35,959 nt of DNA from Candidatus Amesbacteria bacterium RBG_19FT_COMBO_48_16 (GCA_001775555.1 MEXE01000037.1:1-35959), one strand, 5' to 3'. Shown: positions 6,821-15,837, counted from the stretch's first letter. The notes: generated from the letters alone by a model not told the origin. Numbers and translations: made by a program.

Positions 6821-8647
6821 CTACCTGTAGCTTTTGGCCTGGAGGGAGAAAAGGCGGGCGTAGGTGCCATTTTTGGCCATCAGCTGCTGGTGGGTGCCGG
6901 ATTCGGAAACTTTGCCGTTTTCCAAGACTAAAATGCTGTCAGCCTTGCGGACAGTACTGAAACGATGGGAAATAAACATAATAATCTTATTCTTACCCAA
7001 TGAGAGAATCTGCTGGAAAATCTTTTCCTCCGCTTCGGGATCTACATTACTAGTAGGCTCATCCAGAATCAGGACTTCGGGGTCCCGATATAAAGTTCGG
7101 GAAATTATCAGCCTTTGCCATTGGCCGGTGGATGGAGTAACCCCTTTCTCGAAATCACGGTTGATGGGATTGTCATATCTTAAGGGTAATTTTTCGATCC
7201 AGTCATCAATACCGGAAGCCCTGGCCATGGCTTTGATTTTATCCAAATCTATTTTGCGATTCACATTACCGACACTGATTACTTCCTTGGCAGTGATTCC
7301 AAATTCCGAGCTTTCCTGGAACAGTGTACCCAATTTTTGCCAATAGTCGGGTTTATTGAGATCCGCTACTTCGATACCATCCACACTAATCCGGCCCTTG
7401 TCCGGCTGATAGAAACCGCAGAGCAATTTTACCAAAGTAGTCTTACCGGCCCCGTTTTTGCCGATAATAGCGATGTTTTGGCGGGGAAGTATTTCAAAGG
7501 AGACATCTTTGAGAACATAATCCGTGGTCCCCGGATATTTGAACCAAACATGATCAAAGCGGATACCCCGGGAAATCGGACCGGGAAGTTTTTTGCCCAA
7601 ATTGTTAAAATACGGATTTTCCAATTCCAGGAACCAGACTAAATCCGCCAAGTACAAATAATTTTCGTACATTTCCAGGATCGCGGCGGTGAGATCGGAA
7701 ACACTTTGTTTGAAAGTACCAATAGCCCGAATGTAAGCCTGGGTAGTCCCGATGGTAATCCGGCCTAATAAAGCCTGAAAAGCAAAGACGCCGTCGAAGG
7801 TGTAAGAAACCGCGTCGTCGCTGATACCAGCTATAAACCCGTAGAACCGACGGCGGGCATACAGGCTGCTGCGCCTGTCGATAATCTGATCCCAAAAGTG
7901 CATGATGTGAGAAGACAAATATTTGTGGATACTTAAGATCCGCTGTTCCAAATAAGACCGAGTCCGGCCCAGATACCAGTAATATAGTCCTCTCTTGCGG
8001 TGGAGTTGGGCAACGGCTGTATCCAGTTCGTAATCCCGACGGATAAACCAGCGCTCTACCAATACGGAGGGCACAAGGGAAATCAGGGAAACCAGAATGA
8101 CCCAGGGTTGGGTGAGAGCGAAAATTGATAGCGATGAAGCGATACCGACAATGTGTTGGGGAAGCCTAATGTAATTTTCACCGATCCGCTGGAGTTTGTT
8201 CAGGCCTTCCCGCTCTATTTTGCTGTATCTGTCCTTAAACTGGGGATCTTCCAAGGTGGGGACGGCAATGGTGGCATATTTTTCCCCGACCAGAATCTCG
8301 ATACGCTGGTAATTACGCCAAAAAAAGAGCCGGGTGTAATAACCGGAAAGAGCCCGGCCGGCCGTACGTACTAACTGTAAACCCAACCGGGCGATTACCA
8401 ACATTATTACCAACCTAATCACTTCGGAAGTTAAGGGGCGGCCAATATTGCCAACCAGGGTATCAATAAAAGCTTTGTCTATTAACAGATTGGGGATAAT
8501 TACCAAGCTATTAATGGAATTGAAGAAAATAGTAATCAGAAGGATAGAAGGGCTGGTGGCCCAAAAAAATTTACCGGCAAACTTAAGGATGAACCAAAAC
8601 TGGAACAGCGCGGAGCGGGTGGTAAGGGATTGATTTTTGGCAGACAC
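6821..8647 (-). CDS. ABC transporter, fused permease/ATPase (exporter type)
   Basis: N-terminal TM helices, GKNGAGKTT, signature variant PSTGQWQR, LILDEPT, ISHRFST. Confidence 0.95.
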   Translation of the reverse strand: MSAKNQSLTTRSALFQFWFILKFAGKFFWATSPSILLITIFFNSINSLVIIPNLLIDKAFIDTLVGNIGRPLTSEVIRLVIMLVIARLGLQLVRTAGRALSGYYTRLFFWRNYQRIEILVGEKYATIAVPTLEDPQFKDRYSKIEREGLNKLQRIGENYIRLPQHIVGIASSLSIFALTQPWVILVSLISLVPSVLVERWFIRRDYELDTAVAQLHRKRGLYYWYLGRTRSYLEQRILSIHKYLSSHIMHFWDQIIDRRSSLYARRRFYGFIAGISDDAVSYTFDGVFAFQALLGRITIGTTQAYIRAIGTFKQSVSDLTAAILEMYENYLYLADLVWFLELENPYFNNLGKKLPGPISRGIRFDHVWFKYPGTTDYVLKDVSFEILPRQNIAIIGKNGAGKTTLVKLLCGFYQPDKGRISVDGIEVADLNKPDYWQKLGTLFQESSEFGITAKEVISVGNVNRKIDLDKIKAMARASGIDDWIEKLPLRYDNPINRDFEKGVTPSTGQWQRLIISRTLYRDPEVLILDEPTSNVDPEAEEKIFQQILSLGKNKIIMFISHRFSTVRKADSILVLENGKVSESGTHQQLMAKNGTYARLFSLQAKSYR

Positions 8648-8657
8648 GTCTTAAATT

Positions 8658-9896
8658 CTACTTCCGGGGAGTGATTTTGTCGTGACCCATGTAGGGGCGG
8701 AGGACTTCGGGGATGGTGACCGAACCATCAGCGTTTTGGTAATTTTCCAGGATGGCCAAGGGGGTGCGGGAAGTGGCTATAGCGGTACCGTTTAACATAT
8801 GGATAAAATCGATGGCTCCGTTTTGGCGCTTGAACCTAATGTTTAAATTCCTGGCTTGGTAATCAGTACAATTGGAGGTGGAAGTGACTTCCCCGTAGTC
8901 ACCCCGGGTGGGCATCCAGGCCTCGATATCAAATTTTCTGGCGGCCATGCCGCCCAAGTCCCCGGTGCACATTTCCAAAACCCGATACGGCAAACCTAAG
9001 GCCTGATATATTTTTTCTTCCATATCCAAAATATGTAAATGATATTTGTCGGATTCTTCGGGGGTACAGTAGATAAACATTTCGGCTTTGGTGAATTGAT
9101 GGACACGATATAAACCCTTGGAGTATTTACCGTAGGCGCCTTGTTCCTGGCGGAAGCAGTGGGAATAACCGATATATTTAATGGGAAGGTTTTGAACGGG
9201 TATTATTTCATCGGCATGTTTACCGGCCAGAGTAACTTCGGCTGTGGCAATTAACCCGAGGTCTTCGCCTTCGATGGTATAGGTCTGGGCTTCATTGCCT
9301 TTGGGCATGTAGCCGGTACCTAAATAGTATCGGGCTTTGGCCAGGTCCGGGGTGATAACCGGCAGGAAACCTTCTTTCTGCAATAAATCAAAAGTAAACC
9401 GGACCAGAGCCAGTTCTAATAGTGCGCCGTCACCGTACCAGTAGTAAAACTGGGAGCCAACTACTTTGGCCCCGGTAACGAAATCCAAAATATTTAGATA
9501 TTTACCCAATTCCAGATGATCCTTGGGCTGAAAGTCAAATTTGCGGGGGACTCCCCACTTTCTGACTTCGACATTCTCTGTTTCGTTTTTACCAAGCGGA
9601 GCTTCGGGTCGGGGGAGGTTGGGAATTTGACTTAATATTTCTTCCAATTGAGATTTTGTCTTATCTGCTTCCGACTCAATTTGCTTGAGCTCGGTTTTAA
9701 GTTTCTTACCCTCGCCTATCTGATCTTTGGTAAGGGCATTGCGGGAAGCGCGCAGGGTTTCACTGGTATGCAGGTGCCGGCGATACTGAGTGTCCAGTTT
9801 TTGTGCCTGGTCAACCAGGTCGGGATCGTAACCTTTGGCAGACACACCTTTTTTTACCAGGTCGGATTGTTCGCGAATTAGCTTGATGTCTAACAT
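8658..9896 (-). CDS. serS: Serine--tRNA ligase
   Basis: MLDIKLIR N-terminus, LIATAEV, FRQEQG..GLYRVHQF.K.E, STSNCTDYQAR, LNGTAIA. Confidence 0.99.
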   Translation of the reverse strand: MLDIKLIREQSDLVKKGVSAKGYDPDLVDQAQKLDTQYRRHLHTSETLRASRNALTKDQIGEGKKLKTELKQIESEADKTKSQLEEILSQIPNLPRPEAPLGKNETENVEVRKWGVPRKFDFQPKDHLELGKYLNILDFVTGAKVVGSQFYYWYGDGALLELALVRFTFDLLQKEGFLPVITPDLAKARYYLGTGYMPKGNEAQTYTIEGEDLGLIATAEVTLAGKHADEIIPVQNLPIKYIGYSHCFRQEQGAYGKYSKGLYRVHQFTKAEMFIYCTPEESDKYHLHILDMEEKIYQALGLPYRVLEMCTGDLGGMAARKFDIEAWMPTRGDYGEVTSTSNCTDYQARNLNIRFKRQNGAIDFIHMLNGTAIATSRTPLAILENYQNADGSVTIPEVLRPYMGHDKITPRK

Positions 9897-9916
9897 AATT
9901 TAATCTTAACAGTAAT

Positions 9917-9941
9917 AAAAAAACTCGCAAATGTTTGCGAG
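9917..9941 (-). terminator. Intrinsic terminator of the serS T-box leader
   Basis: CTCGCAA-ACAT-TTGCGAG followed by T7 on the minus strand. Confidence 0.9.
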
Positions 9942-10012
9942 CTGCGGTTTCAGGTGCCACCTCAACTAATACTTAATTTGGAAGCTGTTACGGGCTGACC
10001 CGGGCTACTTCG

Positions 10013-10031
10013 CCCTTCGACAAGCTCAGGG
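10013..10031. repeat. Dispersed palindrome CCCTTCGACAAGCTCAGGG, copy 1 (inside T-box Stem II)
   Basis: 19/19 identical to 17704-17722. Confidence 0.9.
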
Positions 10032-10091
10032 CTATGAAGCCAGCATCGTCCGATGGAATTCGGACTCAAGCGCTTTTTTAACTTAGAGCGT

Positions 10092-10120
10092 ATTTTAATC
10101 CTTTTGCAAGGGTTGATCAA
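10092..10120 (-). promoter_or_regulatory. Promoter of the T-box/serS transcript
   Basis: TTGATC-17 nt-TAAAAT; the -10 reuses the upstream TAA stop; predicted start about 10 nt before Stem I. Confidence 0.7.
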
Positions 10121-10637
10121 GCGTCAAACTGGGTGCCGATTTTCTTTTTTCTCTTTTCCTAAATGCCTGGTCATTTTCCATGGCAATTATTCTTATTCTA
10201 TCTAAAATCTCTCCTGGTACAGCCGCCAGAGACGGAAAATTTAAGGTGTTTAAAGCTCCCGTAAAACCGTATTGAATACACCATTCCATGGCTTTTATTT
10301 CTTCTTGAGAAGGATAAAAATTAGCAGACATATGACCTGCGTTTGGATTTTTTGGCATAGAATCGGAAATGGCAATCGCAGCTTCGGTAAGTTTAAATAA
10401 ATAGGAAGCAGGGCCTAAAAGAGCATTCGGATCATCCCGAACTACAAACCTGGCTGTTCGGGCTTCATCGATAAGAACTTGAATTGCTCCAATTTGTAAT
10501 ACCGCAAGACGGACCGGCCCTAAAGCAGGATAAATTTCTGCCGTTAAATTATCGATATTTCCAGCGCCCACATCTTTTCTTGCGTTTTCAACCTGCTGAT
10601 TGTAAGTTAATTCTGAAGGTGGTTCCTGTTCGGCCAT
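10095..10637 (-). CDS. Hypothetical protein
   Basis: 180-aa ORF; TATAAT 8 nt before the ATG; no recognised motif. Confidence 0.7.
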   Translation of the reverse strand: MAEQEPPSELTYNQQVENARKDVGAGNIDNLTAEIYPALGPVRLAVLQIGAIQVLIDEARTARFVVRDDPNALLGPASYLFKLTEAAIAISDSMPKNPNAGHMSANFYPSQEEIKAMEWCIQYGFTGALNTLNFPSLAAVPGEILDRIRIIAMENDQAFRKREKRKSAPSLTLDQPLQKD

Positions 10638-10651
10638 GATGGCTGATTATA

Positions 10652-11218
10652 CTACAGGCCGATCTGTGAGGCAATTTGCTGCATGGCGGAGAGGGAGAGA
10701 GCGATAAAGTCATCGAGCTCTATACCCAGTTTTTCCTGACAGAGTGCGATTTGTTCGCGATGCGCTCCGGCGGCAAAAGATTTTTGGGGGAATTTTTTCA
10801 GAACCGCTTCTACAGTCACCGAAGAAAGTTTTTTGTCCGGCATGACTAAAGCTACAGCCACTATCAGGCCGGTGAGCTCGTCACTGCAGTAAAGGGACCA
10901 TTCGAGGTAGTTTGCGGGCTGGTTTTGGCCGGTATGGACGAAGTTGTGAGAAAGGATGGCGGAGAGAATCTCCTGATCAGTCTCCCCCATTTCAGTCAGC
11001 CACGCGTGCATTAGAAGAGTGTGTTTGGCCGGAGTATCTTTGGATAATTCATAATCGCCGTCGTGCAGAAGTCCCACTATCCCCCACTTCTGGGCTGAAG
11101 CTTCGAAGTGCTTCGCTAACGCTCGCATCACCGCCTCCACTGCCAGACAATGGCGGCGCAAGTTCCGGTTTTGCATCCGGGAAGTCAGTAGCTGCCAAGC
11201 TTGGTCCCTGGTGATCAT
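10652..11218 (-). CDS. HD-domain (HDIG-type) metal-dependent phosphohydrolase
   Basis: H(CLAVE)...GLLHDGDYE...H...ILSH...DELTG. Confidence 0.9.
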   Translation of the reverse strand: MITRDQAWQLLTSRMQNRNLRRHCLAVEAVMRALAKHFEASAQKWGIVGLLHDGDYELSKDTPAKHTLLMHAWLTEMGETDQEILSAILSHNFVHTGQNQPANYLEWSLYCSDELTGLIVAVALVMPDKKLSSVTVEAVLKKFPQKSFAAGAHREQIALCQEKLGIELDDFIALSLSAMQQIASQIGL

Positions 11219-11233
11219 AAATATAGGTTTAAA

Positions 11234-12724
11234 CTAAGGTGAATGGGTCTTTGAGGATGAAAAAGGGCGGAGGGTAGGGAAAAGAATGACTTCTTTGATA
11301 ATGGGGGTGTTGGTAAACAGCATTACCATTCGATCGATACCGATTGCTATTCCACAAGTTGGCGGAAAACCATGTTCAATAGCTTCTAGGTAGTCATAAT
11401 CTGTTTGATGGGCTTCTTCGAATCCGGCTTTTTCTCTTTTCTTTTCTTCAATAAATCGCTGATATAAATCCAGTGGATCATTTAATTCTGTATAGTTATT
11501 ACCCAGTTCGGAACCGAAGGCAAACATTTCAAATCTCTGAGTAAATCTTGGATCGGGACATTTTTTAGCCAAGGGAGAAATTTCGATAGGATAGTTGTAT
11601 ATAATTGTTGGTTGGACAAGCTTTTCTTCTACGGCTTCCTCAAAAACAAACGCGATAATTTCGCCAATTTTATTCAATTTATTGAGCAATTTTAATTTTT
11701 CTTTGGGAATTTCCAGCTTTGAGATGGCGATTTTTGCTTCCTCAGTCGTTTGCCAATCTAAAGGATTTAGATGACAAAATTCTTTGATAGCTCCAACATA
11801 GCTGTATCTTTTCCAAGGCCGTTTTACATCCATTGCTAAACCCTGGTAATTAATTTGAGTGGTACCTAGTACTTTTTTGGCCGCATACTCAAATATTTCT
11901 TCGATCATGTCCATCCCATACTGATAATCTTGAAAAGCTATCATAGCTTCAAACATGGTAAATTCCGGATTATGGTCATGATCCACTCCTTCATTTCTAA
12001 AGACCTTAGTAATCTCGTACACTTTCTCAAATCCACCGACAATTAGTCTTTTTAAGTACATTTCATCCGAAATTCGCAGATAAAAATCGCTACCCAAGAC
12101 TTCGTGGTGAGTAATGAATGGTTTGGCAAAACCTCCGCCATATATGGGTTGAAGAGTGGGGGTTTCAACTTCTAAAAAACCTTTGGTGTCCAGGTATTTT
12201 CGAATAGATGATATAATTTTAGTTCTGAGTTCGAACTTAGTTTTTATCTCCGAATTTAATAGCAAATCCAAATATTTTTTGCGATATCGCTCTTCGACGT
12301 CTTTCAGACCATCCCATTCGTTGGGTATGGGGCGCAGAGTTTTGGCAAGAAGCTCGAAATAGGCTATATCGATCGTGATTTCACCCGCCTGGGTAGTAAT
12401 GATTTCGCCGGAAACACCCAGGAAATCTCCCACATCAAAATACTGCAGGAGGTCAAATTTGTCCGCCAGTTTATTTTTGGCAAACATGAGCTGAATTTCA
12501 CCCGTTGCGTCACGCAGATCGGCAAAAATTACCTGCCCGTGCTGACGCCAGCGCCAGAGACGGCCGACTGTGGAGACGCTCTTGCCGTGTTTCTGGCGAG
12601 CGCTAGAGACAGAGATAGAGACTTGCGAATACTTTGACGGGTAGGGATCGATACCGAGACTGCGGAGTTTGGCCAATTTTTGCAAACGGATATTACGTAT
12701 TTCCTCAAGACGGGAGTCGGCCAT
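11234..12724 (-). CDS. lysS: Lysine--tRNA ligase (class II)
   Basis: OB-fold N-terminal domain, FLEVETP, FRNEG...HNPEFTMFE, ELGNNYTELNDP, GIGIDR. Confidence 0.98.
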   Translation of the reverse strand: MADSRLEEIRNIRLQKLAKLRSLGIDPYPSKYSQVSISVSSARQKHGKSVSTVGRLWRWRQHGQVIFADLRDATGEIQLMFAKNKLADKFDLLQYFDVGDFLGVSGEIITTQAGEITIDIAYFELLAKTLRPIPNEWDGLKDVEERYRKKYLDLLLNSEIKTKFELRTKIISSIRKYLDTKGFLEVETPTLQPIYGGGFAKPFITHHEVLGSDFYLRISDEMYLKRLIVGGFEKVYEITKVFRNEGVDHDHNPEFTMFEAMIAFQDYQYGMDMIEEIFEYAAKKVLGTTQINYQGLAMDVKRPWKRYSYVGAIKEFCHLNPLDWQTTEEAKIAISKLEIPKEKLKLLNKLNKIGEIIAFVFEEAVEEKLVQPTIIYNYPIEISPLAKKCPDPRFTQRFEMFAFGSELGNNYTELNDPLDLYQRFIEEKKREKAGFEEAHQTDYDYLEAIEHGFPPTCGIAIGIDRMVMLFTNTPIIKEVILFPTLRPFSSSKTHSP

Positions 12725-12733
12725 GAAGTGATT

Positions 12734-13192
12734 TTACTCGATGGTTACGATGGTGTACAGAATCTTACCCGCGGGAGCAGTGACTTCCACTTTGTCCCCG
12801 ACTTTCTTGCCAATCAAAGCCTGACCCAGTGGTGAAGACATAGAGATCTTCTTTTCGGCAGGATCGGCTTCCCACTCCCCCACTATTTTGTAAACCACGT
12901 GGGTTGAGTTCACCCGGACGGTGACGGTGTGGCCAAAGCTAATTTGGGAATTAGAAGACGGGGTTGTCACCTTGGCAATTCTGATAATATCCTCGAGCTC
13001 GGCAATACGGCCGTCTATAAAAGTCAGCTCTTCCTTGGCACTAATGTAATCGCTATTCTCGGACAAATCACCCATATCACGGGCGGCGGTTAAGCGGGCT
13101 ACCTGGGCAGGGCGGCGGTTATCGACCAGATCCGCTAACTCGGCCTTGAGAGTATCCAAGCCGGCTTGAGTGATGAGTATGTTTTGGTGCAT
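12734..13192 (-). CDS. greA: Transcription elongation factor GreA
   Basis: ARDMGDLSENSDY, IS..SPLGQALIGKKVGD. Confidence 0.98.
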   Translation of the reverse strand: MHQNILITQAGLDTLKAELADLVDNRRPAQVARLTAARDMGDLSENSDYISAKEELTFIDGRIAELEDIIRIAKVTTPSSNSQISFGHTVTVRVNSTHVVYKIVGEWEADPAEKKISMSSPLGQALIGKKVGDKVEVTAPAGKILYTIVTIE

Positions 13193-13212
13193 AGATTTCA
13201 GAAAGAATTTCT

Positions 13213-13245
13213 AAAAAAAATAAGCCGCGCCTGGTTGGCGGGGCC
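13213..13245 (-). terminator. Intrinsic terminator within the greA 5' leader (attenuator)
   Basis: GGCC-C-CGCC-AACCA-GGCG-C-GGCT followed by TA-T8, between the promoter and the greA ATG. Confidence 0.75.
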
Positions 13246-13265
13246 AATGTTACTTTACCTAGGGT

Positions 13266-13294
13266 ATTTTACTCACCTGTCAAGTAGTTGTCAA
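13266..13294 (-). promoter_or_regulatory. greA promoter
   Basis: TTGACA-17 nt-TAAAAT. Confidence 0.85.
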
Positions 13295-13374
13295 TCGAGG
13301 CTAATTACATCTAATTCAGCCTGTTTAATCAGGCTATTTATGAGAAAACAATCCTGGTAAAATACATTACGACC

Positions 13375-13447
13375 GGCCCCATCGTCTAGTGGCCTAGGAC
13401 ACCAGGTTCTCATCCTGGTAACCGGGGTTCAAATCCCCGTGGAGTCA
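13375..13447 (+). tRNA. tRNA-Glu (anticodon CTC), CCA not encoded
   Basis: Cloverleaf: CCAGG-TTCTCAT-CCTGG anticodon arm, CGGGG-TTCAAAT-CCCCG T-arm; acceptor GGCCCCA/TGGAGTC has a C4-A69 mismatch; TG-G-TAAAAT upstream. Confidence 0.92.
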
Positions 13448-13514
13448 CAAAATCCCCTGTTTCCAACCTTTAGAAAAAAGTATAGGTTGATAATTAACAG
13501 AATTTAAACAACTT

Positions 13515-14822
13515 ATGTTAGACCAGCTTGACCTACAGGAAAAAGACCAAACTTCTACGCATAAGGAAAACCCGCAGGGGATAGCGCCAATATTGAAAGG
13601 TCTTGCGCGTATAGCTATCACAAGAACAAGAACTTATAATCCAGAAGAAGTTGGGGGTTTGGCTCGTACTGAACGATTTCGCAGAAATATTGAGAAAGTA
13701 CAAATCATTGCACATAAGGCCGGGGGTGGTGAAATGCCCGAAGGAACACTTGTCGCAATGGAGAAAGCCTTAAAAAACGGCGCTGACTGGCTTGATGTTG
13801 ATTTGCGGATGTCAGAGGATAACATACTTGTAATATCTCACTCTCCTACGGCTGAAGATGTTGATGAAAGTAGCAAAGTGAAAGGTGATATTTCAGAACT
13901 AAATTTAGCAGAAATAAAAAAACTTGACGCCGGTCATAATTTTACAAATAATGAGCATGATTTTCCTTACAGGGGGCAAGGAATAACGGTTCCTACTCTA
14001 GATGAAGCATTGACGGCTTTTCCTCAAAGTCGTTTTACAATCCATTTATTAGGGCAGAAGGAAGACATTGAAGAAGAACTAGTAAAAGTAATCGAAAAAT
14101 ATAATGCATTCGACAGGGTATTTGTAGCTGGTTTTTCGGAAGGACCGCTTATTAAAGTCAAAGAATTATCCGGTGGTAGGATAAAACGAGGTGCGGGCGC
14201 AAAAGAAACAATTGGCTTTATGGACGCTGTTAAACGCGGGGAAATGCCTTCGTCGGTAGATTTTGATTTTTTCGTTCCCGGGGGTGAAGAAGCTCAATCT
14301 GCTGGGAAAATGTACGAGAAACTTGGAGCTAAACTTATGGATATAGCGAGACAGAAGAAACTGCCCGATATAGATTTTATTGTCACATGTAAAAGTCTGG
14401 GGATTCCCATTTATATTTGGACTGTAAACGACAAAGAAGAAATGATGCTTTGGATTGCGCTTGGAGTGGACGGTATATATACGGATTATCCGTCTCAACT
14501 TAACGAGATAAAAATGCAATATCCTGAAAAACCCTTTGATTTTATTGAAAACTTTGGGGAATACCTCGTTGATGGTCTTGCCGACTGGGTTATTACTTAT
14601 GCCGCAGCAAATAACTTAGGTTGGGAGAACCGCATGCCTACAGCGGATGAAATAGTAGCAGAGGTTAAAAATATGGAATTTAATTCTACAAAGAGAGCAG
14701 ATGGAGTAATCCGTATTGAAAGGCAACTGCAAGATATTGCTGATAAGGTTCTGCAAGAGAATGCTCCAGAATTGGATCCAAGGCTTGAAGAAGTGTTAAT
14801 ACTTGCTACAAACAAACTTTAA
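13515..14822 (+). CDS. Glycerophosphodiester phosphodiesterase (GDPD)-family protein, divergent
   Basis: IIAHKAG..EMPEGT, GADWLDVD, VISH, VPTLDE, WTVND, GVDGIYTDYP. Confidence 0.85.
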   Translation: MLDQLDLQEKDQTSTHKENPQGIAPILKGLARIAITRTRTYNPEEVGGLARTERFRRNIEKVQIIAHKAGGGEMPEGTLVAMEKALKNGADWLDVDLRMSEDNILVISHSPTAEDVDESSKVKGDISELNLAEIKKLDAGHNFTNNEHDFPYRGQGITVPTLDEALTAFPQSRFTIHLLGQKEDIEEELVKVIEKYNAFDRVFVAGFSEGPLIKVKELSGGRIKRGAGAKETIGFMDAVKRGEMPSSVDFDFFVPGGEEAQSAGKMYEKLGAKLMDIARQKKLPDIDFIVTCKSLGIPIYIWTVNDKEEMMLWIALGVDGIYTDYPSQLNEIKMQYPEKPFDFIENFGEYLVDGLADWVITYAAANNLGWENRMPTADEIVAEVKNMEFNSTKRADGVIRIERQLQDIADKVLQENAPELDPRLEEVLILATNKL

Positions 14823-14978
14823 GCGAAAAAGTTTATTTAATCCTCTGCAGAAAAATTTAAATTAGACCTATTAGTAGATTACTCATGTAAATCTCTTAAA
14901 GTTATAAATTGACTATTCTGTGAGTTTGGAATAATAAAACGACGGGTCACAAATAAACTTCACTTTCCGGCAGGGCTT

Positions 14979-15141
14979 GATATACCCATTAAACTGGAAT
15001 TTGCGAAATGGCTTGAAGCCGGAATACCCAGAGAACCCTTTCCAGACGCTGCTGCGTTGGTCTCTTTGGTATCCCTCGCTTTGCTCGTGATGGGTATATA
15101 TCCAGCGTACCGGTTTTGCAAACCTGAGTACGCTGACTATA
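14979..15141. repeat. Double-hairpin dispersed element, copy 1 (with 66-bp nested insert at 15026-15091)
   Basis: Near-identical to 17394-17558 and, without the insert, to 31552-31650. Confidence 0.95.
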
Positions 15142-15176
15142 GTAAGATTAAAATATAGTAATTTGGGAAAAGCGTC

Positions 15177-15719
15177 ATGAATAAAACACTGGCAGTCGGG
15201 ATTGGGGGTGTGGTAATGTTGGCAGGTGCAGTCTGGTTTTTTGGCCGGGGGGTCTCAGGTAACGCTGGCTCCCTAGCCTTGGCGGTACCAACGATGGCTC
15301 TGCAGCCAACAGCCGGGGTTTCTACAAATTCCGGTACACTTGTTGAAGCGACAGCAGCGGTAAAACCTACAACTTCTATGCAGGATATAACGGAATTAAA
15401 AATCGAAGATATCAAGATCGGTGAAGGTGAAACAGCGGAATCGGGAGATACGGTAGTAATGCATTATACCGGTACATTTGTGGACGGAACTAAATTTGAC
15501 AGCTCGCTGGGTCGGGGCCAACCGTTTAGTACCAAGGTCGGGGTGGGGCAGGTAATTGAAGGCTGGGACAAGGGAGTCCCGGGAATGAAAGTGGGAGGCC
15601 GGCGGAAACTGTATATTCCATCTGAGATGGGGTATGGCGCAAGAGGGGCAGGGGGGGTAATCCCTCCGAATGCGGATTTAATTTTTGAAGTGGATTTGCT
15701 TGAGGTAAAGAAAAGTTGA
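15177..15719 (+). CDS. FKBP-type peptidyl-prolyl isomerase, membrane-anchored
   Basis: N-terminal TM; HYTG..DGTKFDSS, VIEGWDKG, MKVGGRRKL.IP...YG, IPPNADLIFEVDL. Confidence 0.97.
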   Translation: MNKTLAVGIGGVVMLAGAVWFFGRGVSGNAGSLALAVPTMALQPTAGVSTNSGTLVEATAAVKPTTSMQDITELKIEDIKIGEGETAESGDTVVMHYTGTFVDGTKFDSSLGRGQPFSTKVGVGQVIEGWDKGVPGMKVGGRRKLYIPSEMGYGARGAGGVIPPNADLIFEVDLLEVKKS

Positions 15720-15837
15720 TCAAAACAATAACTCTTATTGGCATTAGGTCACACTTTTTGGTAAATCATAATATCCATAATGCGGTGGTTCATGCGATTG
15801 CATATCAAAGTCGAGGGCCACAAGTTGGTGGAGTAAG

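Larger units (their letters stand above)
9917..10074 (-). ncRNA. T-box riboswitch (Ser, ultrashort Stem I, transcriptional)
   Basis: K-turn Stem I with loop AUUCCA (UCC = Ser), Stem II with AGUA, CGGG..CCCGUAA Stem IIA/F-box, Stem III, GAGGUGGCACC T-box and an overlapping terminator, directly upstream of serS. Confidence 0.88.

Noticed and set aside
6821-8647. Inactive ABC ATPase because of the PSTGQ signature
   Set aside because: Ser, GQ, Walker A/B, the catalytic Glu and the H-switch are all retained; a modest variant only.
15745-15823. Further tRNA 3'-end remnants (taggtcacac, gagggccacaa)
   Set aside because: Matches are too short to distinguish from chance.
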